A stretch of 62,272 bases of DNA, filler included, from Stramenopiles sp. TOSAG23-3 (lineage: Eukaryota): NCBI GenBank assembly GCA_900128585.1. It is 27 parts of 27 records of this genome, joined end to end, with 100 filler letters (N's around TTAATTAATTAA, not from the genome) between each part and the next. Parts side by side here need not be neighbours in the genome. Positions count along the whole stretch, not along the records: positions 57,781 to 59,977 come from LT644999.1; positions 60,078 to 62,272 come from LT645000.1; 25 more parts are not named here. The stretch is one strand, 5' to 3'. Position 1 is the first letter of the stretch. Every line of letters begins with the position of its first letter. Shown here in pieces: positions 57,681-62,272 of the stretch. Made by a program: the position numbers and the translations under genes. The notes under the pieces were generated by a model. The model was given only the letters and a program-made list of their open reading frames with translations, did not search any database and was not told the origin of the DNA.

Positions 57681-57780
57681 NNNNNNNNNNNNNNNNNNNN
57701 NNNNNNNNNNNNNNNNNNNNNNNNTTAATTAATTAANNNNNNNNNNNNNNNNNNNNNNNNNNNNNNNNNNNNNNNNNNNN

Positions 57781-58003
57781 ATAAACTCACTTGACCACTA
57801 CCAAGCATATACCCCTCACCGCTATTTACATTCAATGATCCCCCGGTTGCAGCAACACTTTCGCGGATATCATTAAAGGAGTGACAAAAAATGGAATTGT
57901 TCTCAGCATTATCTGAACTACTATGGACGAAGCAAGTAAGGCTAATAATGTAAAGTAAAGCGAACACATGAAACTCTTTTTTTATTCCTTTAACTGCACA
58001 CAT
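57781..58003 (-). CDS. 5' fragment of a signal/anchor-bearing protein
   Basis: MCAVKGIKKEFHVFALLYIISLTCFVHSS, then open to the contig edge. Confidence 0.4.
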
Positions 58004-60077
58004 TTTTTCCGTGAATAGATTTTTTAAAACACTGCGCCCATTCAAGAAGTACCTCTTTCGATTCAAGCCCTTTTTAGATGTCTGTGCGAATGTGTGTGTA
58101 TGAAATGCGATGCTCAATGAAAAAAATCAGAAATATTTCATAATCCTTGATCAGCTTTTTGAGAACAAATCCAATAATAATAAACACACAAAAAACATTC
58201 TTGTTTTATTTAAAAAAAAAAAATTAATGATGAATGAACAGTAAATAATAAACGAACAAGCCAGGTAAAATTGAGCATATTTTTTCAGTGGTTAATTATT
58301 TCTACCGTCCTGTTCTTATCTCGTACACTAGATGACTATCAAACTCACTACACTGTATTTGCTAGAAGTACAATTCGTATTTAATAATAGTCGGTTGTCT
58401 TATCGCATTTTATTTTGCTTAATGACCAGGTACTGGCATTTCTTAATATAATACCAGGTACCAAGGATTAACCGGAATAAATAGTAGACGACTAAAATCG
58501 ATCGAATCAATAATAATAACTAAAAGACTTTACTATTTATTCGCACTTTTGCCGTACATGATAGACCGACTACGTGAAGTTCGCAAGAAAATAAAATTGT
58601 AATGGATAAGTGTCGAATATTTAGATTAAAATAATTTATTACGTTCATTTATTTTATAATATATGAATATAATAATAGTAAATTATCATTTAACGTGTGT
58701 ATGTAGACTATTTAGCACATTAATTATATTAAATGTCAAATTTAAAAAAAAAACTTTCATGGGAACACATTCGAATTGCTAGAAAAGCAGCATATTGGCA
58801 ACCAAGATATGATGAATGGAAAAAACAAGGAGTTGTTTGTGCGCCGACAGAACTCACCCACTTCACTCACCACTCCTTCCTCTAAATTATTTTGCTGCTA
58901 GACGACTGTACTATTCCTGCTGTGCCTTGCCGGGATTGATCATCAACATTTGCTTTTTCAGAATTAAATGAATGGTAGTAGAAAAAATGAGAATTCTTGA
59001 CGGCGAGGGGCCCCCGCCCTTTTTTAAGGTGAGATTATGGGACAGTATTCTCCAGACACTCCACTCCATTGTAATGCAAAAGACCTATGGTATTTCTATA
59101 TATGAAAAGTGACAAAACGCCTGTCGTATTTCTATATATAAAAGTGACAAAAGTTTTCGTACTACTCTAATTTTTTTCCTAGACAAAATTTTAATTAGAG
59201 ACTATAATAATTATACAGAACCCTTCAAAGTGTATACTCTATTTGTAGAAAAGTATATAAATAATTTATAGTTAATCATATAGCATTAAATATTGGAAAT
59301 AGATAATACTACTGGGGTTCGGAACTTTTTTTTTTTTGAACGTTCGGGAAATTATGAAATAATGATATAATAGTATATAAAAATATAGTTATCAATCATA
59401 AAGAATTAAGAAATATAAAATCCTTACTGATTATTATATAAAAATGTCATTTCTTTTGACCCATGATGCACTTCGAGGGCAGGGAATTATTAAATTTCCA
59501 GCTACCGTATGGACGGCGAGGATATTTCTTTTATAGTAATAAGGAGGTCGTGAGAAGTTTACGGGACGTATTCTCCAGGAATTCCATAATCAATCTCAAT
59601 TCTACAGTTGTAGCTAGGACTATTGTTCTTTTCACAATCGGTGGAATTTTGGTTTATACATATCACACCTAAAAAATAGGAATTTTCAGTACAGGAACAC
59701 ACCATAAAACTAATATATAGAAATAGCATGGAAGTGTTTTTTTATTTCACCAAAAATGGTTTATTTTATTTTCACTATTAATACTATATAAATTTTAGCC
59801 ATTACAAGTACACAAAACATTGAATTTTATCACCGATTGTGAAAAATAATGTAATACTAGTAACCCTAACTATCATATATTACATATGCCTCCTGAGCGG
59901 ACATTGTTGGATAGAATTTTTGACTAGTCTCTTTCATATTTTACATTTGCATTGATTGAAAGACGTTGAGTTGAGATNNNNNNNNNNNNNNNNNNNNNNN
60001 NNNNNNNNNNNNNNNNNNNNNTTAATTAATTAANNNNNNNNNNNNNNNNNNNNNNNNNNNNNNNNNNNNNNNNNNNN

Positions 60078-60465
60078 AGGCGGTGTGGTGGAGGAGACGG
60101 CCGATGCTTCCGCAGGAGTTGGGGACGGGAAAGTACTTGTTGATACCAGCAAGCTTGACAAAGATACCCAGATAATGGACAGGCTGTTAGAAGAAAACGG
60201 GCACCTTCAAATGCGGATCGATTCCTTCGAAAGCGAGCTCGAAGATGCCAAAATTTCTGTCAAGAGGGCTGCCAAGGTCATCTCCGAGCTGTCAGAAGAC
60301 GTAGAGAAAGAGCGAAGAGCAAAGAGTTCGCTTCAACTAGAGAATGATAAGCTTCTTCAGGACATGACCTCGTTGCAAAAAGAGAAGGAAGGCCTGGAAA
60401 AACGATTGAAGAAGACATCAGGCATAATCAGTAAACACAAACTCAATACTGAAACAGAAGAATAA
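60078..60465 (+). CDS. Coiled-coil protein, C-terminal fragment
   Basis: Heptad E/K/L pattern; stop is followed by AT-rich intergenic DNA. Confidence 0.6.
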
Positions 60466-61066
60466 ATAGGTGTTCAATTCATACAGATAGATTTATAAAA
60501 AACAAAGAAAGAGAAAAGGACTCTCAACTTTTCTTCAGTTGTTGGTTCGGTATTATTATATATACGAATGTGTAATATTAATATGAATCAATGATGAATG
60601 ATTAAATTATATACCAAGTATTGTAAAATAATTATTAGTACTATTAAATTAATCGTCGTGTTGTTTCGTTTAATTTTTGTTGTTGTTGTTTTCTTCTTTT
60701 TTTTGTTCTTGTTGTGTTCTTGTTAATAAATTATAATATCCATCATCTTCTTTCTTTTTTTTCTCTTTTTATTAGTCGTCTATTATGTGATCCTCTCCTC
60801 CTCCTCCTTCCTCTCGGTAAAAGAAGCTTTTTACTTCTTCTTTTTTTAAAAACTTTTTTTTGTTTTTGTTGATTTAAAAAAATGTAGAAATTGTTGTTAG
60901 GTAGAAATTTAAAAATGAATTTAAGAAATAAGTAACAAATGATATGTAATGTTTTCAGACCAAATAAATCCAAACGAACGCGGGATTTCAACTTGTTTAG
61001 TGATTGAACTGCAGAGTTTAAGAAAGGATTAAACAAAACAAGGAACATCCTTAGTCAGTCCTCGTC

Positions 61067-61294
61067 ATGGAGACAGACGAAGCTGCTCTGGAAGAGTACA
61101 AATCCAGTTTAAAGAAAGTAGAACGTAGTATAGCGGACTTAGAGTCCTCTTACCTTGATCCCAAGACCACGGTTGGGTTTGTTTTAAGAGGTTGGCCTGA
61201 GGGAGAACTCAAGGTAAAGTCAGAAAACAATGATTTCGAAGGGAAACCGATCCAGAAGATGTTTTCAAAGGGAAACTACAACTTGAGTGGTTGA
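61067..61294 (+). CDS. MEAF6: NuA4 subunit Eaf6/MEAF6-like small protein
   Basis: L.KVERSI.DLE.SYL.....G.VLRGW...MFS resembles the Eaf6 core. Confidence 0.65.
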   Translation: METDEAALEEYKSSLKKVERSIADLESSYLDPKTTVGFVLRGWPEGELKVKSENNDFEGKPIQKMFSKGNYNLSG

Positions 61295-61423
61295 TAGGTT
61301 GCGTTCCGCGATGTTTTCTGGTACTGTTTAGTTAGTAGGTTAGATTGTACATTGTCCATGGTCCAATGGTCAAGAATTTAATTATACTGCATTTCTTACG
61401 AATACTACTACTACGTCCTCTTT

Positions 61424-62272
61424 TCACAAGTCAAAGGAAATCACATTTCCATCCTCTCGACGCAGGCGCACCTGCTTCGGAGACATCCATCGAATCCGGC
61501 ACTTGAGCACTTTATCGCGCGGGTTCACTTCTGTCTCAACTTTTGGCAATTTGATGGTGCCTGTACATTTAGCATTCAGCCCTAGTATTCCACCCAAGAA
61601 TCCACTTGATCCTGCTTGCCAAGTTTTGACGCACAGCTCCTCAATAGAGCACGACGCCAAATAGCTCCCATCGGGATCGAAAGCGAGGGCAGCAATGGAC
61701 CCAGAGTGGCCTTCCAACAATCTCCATTTGGTGGCGGTGCGCAAATCGTAAATGATAATGACCTTGTCCGGCGTACCGACGGCAAACCTTTGGGTCCTTT
61801 GGTGAAACGCCACTACAGGAAACCGTTTCACTAACTCGTGCAATGCTTTCGTGCTGGCTTGTAAACAACCCTTTCGAAGCAACGGTTTGCTTGGGTCCAA
61901 TGATTTGATCACAGCCTCCACGACAACTGCTAAGTGCCTGGACAAGGCGAGTGGGCGTTTCTTCACTAGCGATACCATGGCCATGATGCTGGTTCGGTGG
62001 TACTCGTCCGTCATGTCCGTCCGAAGAATCTCGACCCCGACCGTGGAAATAAACAGCAAAGGCTGGAACGCACCAATTTCCAGCATCGCCCTTTGGGCTG
62101 CAGCCGCCACGGACACGCCCTTCTTCTCGGTCCCGTCAATGTTTTTCGTCACTGCACCCCCGTAGTACTCGGCGTACAGCGCTAGGGACAGGAGTCGGCG
62201 AATCAAACCGGACAAATTTGGTATATGAGGACGCCATAACACAAACCCTTTTCCAATCAGCTCCGCAGACAG
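61424..62272 (-). CDS. WDR7: WDR7/WDR72 (rabconnectin-3 beta)-like, C-terminal part
   Basis: VVE.VIKSLDP....RK.CL, ELVKRFP.VAF....QRFAVG, IYDLRT.TKWR.LEGH...I.AL.F.PDG..LAS.S. Confidence 0.82.
   Translation of the reverse strand: MSAELIGKGFVLWRPHIPNLSGLIRRLLSLALYAEYYGGAVTKNIDGTEKKGVSVAAAAQRAMLEIGAFQPLLFISTVGVEILRTDMTDEYHRTSIMAMVSLVKKRPLALSRHLAVVVEAVIKSLDPSKPLLRKGCLQASTKALHELVKRFPVVAFHQRTQRFAVGTPDKVIIIYDLRTATKWRLLEGHSGSIAALAFDPDGSYLASCSIEELCVKTWQAGSSGFLGGILGLNAKCTGTIKLPKVETEVNPRDKVLKCRIRWMSPKQVRLRREDGNVISFDL

Noticed and set aside
1..62272. rRNA or tRNA genes
   Set aside because: None recognised by eye; tRNAscan-SE or Infernal would be needed to exclude them

Overview
This window is not one locus. 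It is a concatenation of 27 short contigs (about 2.2 kb each, ordered by decreasing length) joined by 26 artificial 100-bp linkers (N44-TTAATTAATTAA-N44), so adjacency across linkers carries no biological meaning. Most contigs are eukaryotic nuclear DNA from a flagellated protist: IFT20, DRC1, a NEK kinase, cytoplasmic dynein heavy chain, NUP155, WDR74, WDR7, SENP8, EAF6, FAM135, a class I PDE and an FAE1-type KCS are present, with short GT-AG introns carrying CTAAC branch sites and AT-rich, microsatellite-laden intergenic DNA. A stramenopile-like heterotrophic flagellate is plausible but is inference only. Non-routine content: a gene-dense giant-virus-like contig (48583-50783); a Ty1/copia 5' end with a half-tRNA-iMet PBS and an unusual CCCH finger plus hydrophobic segment between Gag and protease; a disrupted SF2 helicase of viral/bacterial type; a Cys-less pentameric ligand-gated channel with an EF-hand-like lobe in the M3-M4 loop; TPR-AKR and secreted EAR-Kelch fusions; and a conserved 23-bp element (ATAACAGCCAATTTTCTTGTTTT) near gene 3' ends in four contigs. 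Several inverted or overlapping contig ends (49 and 79 bp) and one head-to-head junction look like assembly or amplification artefacts. All family calls are by motif recognition; no database search was run.
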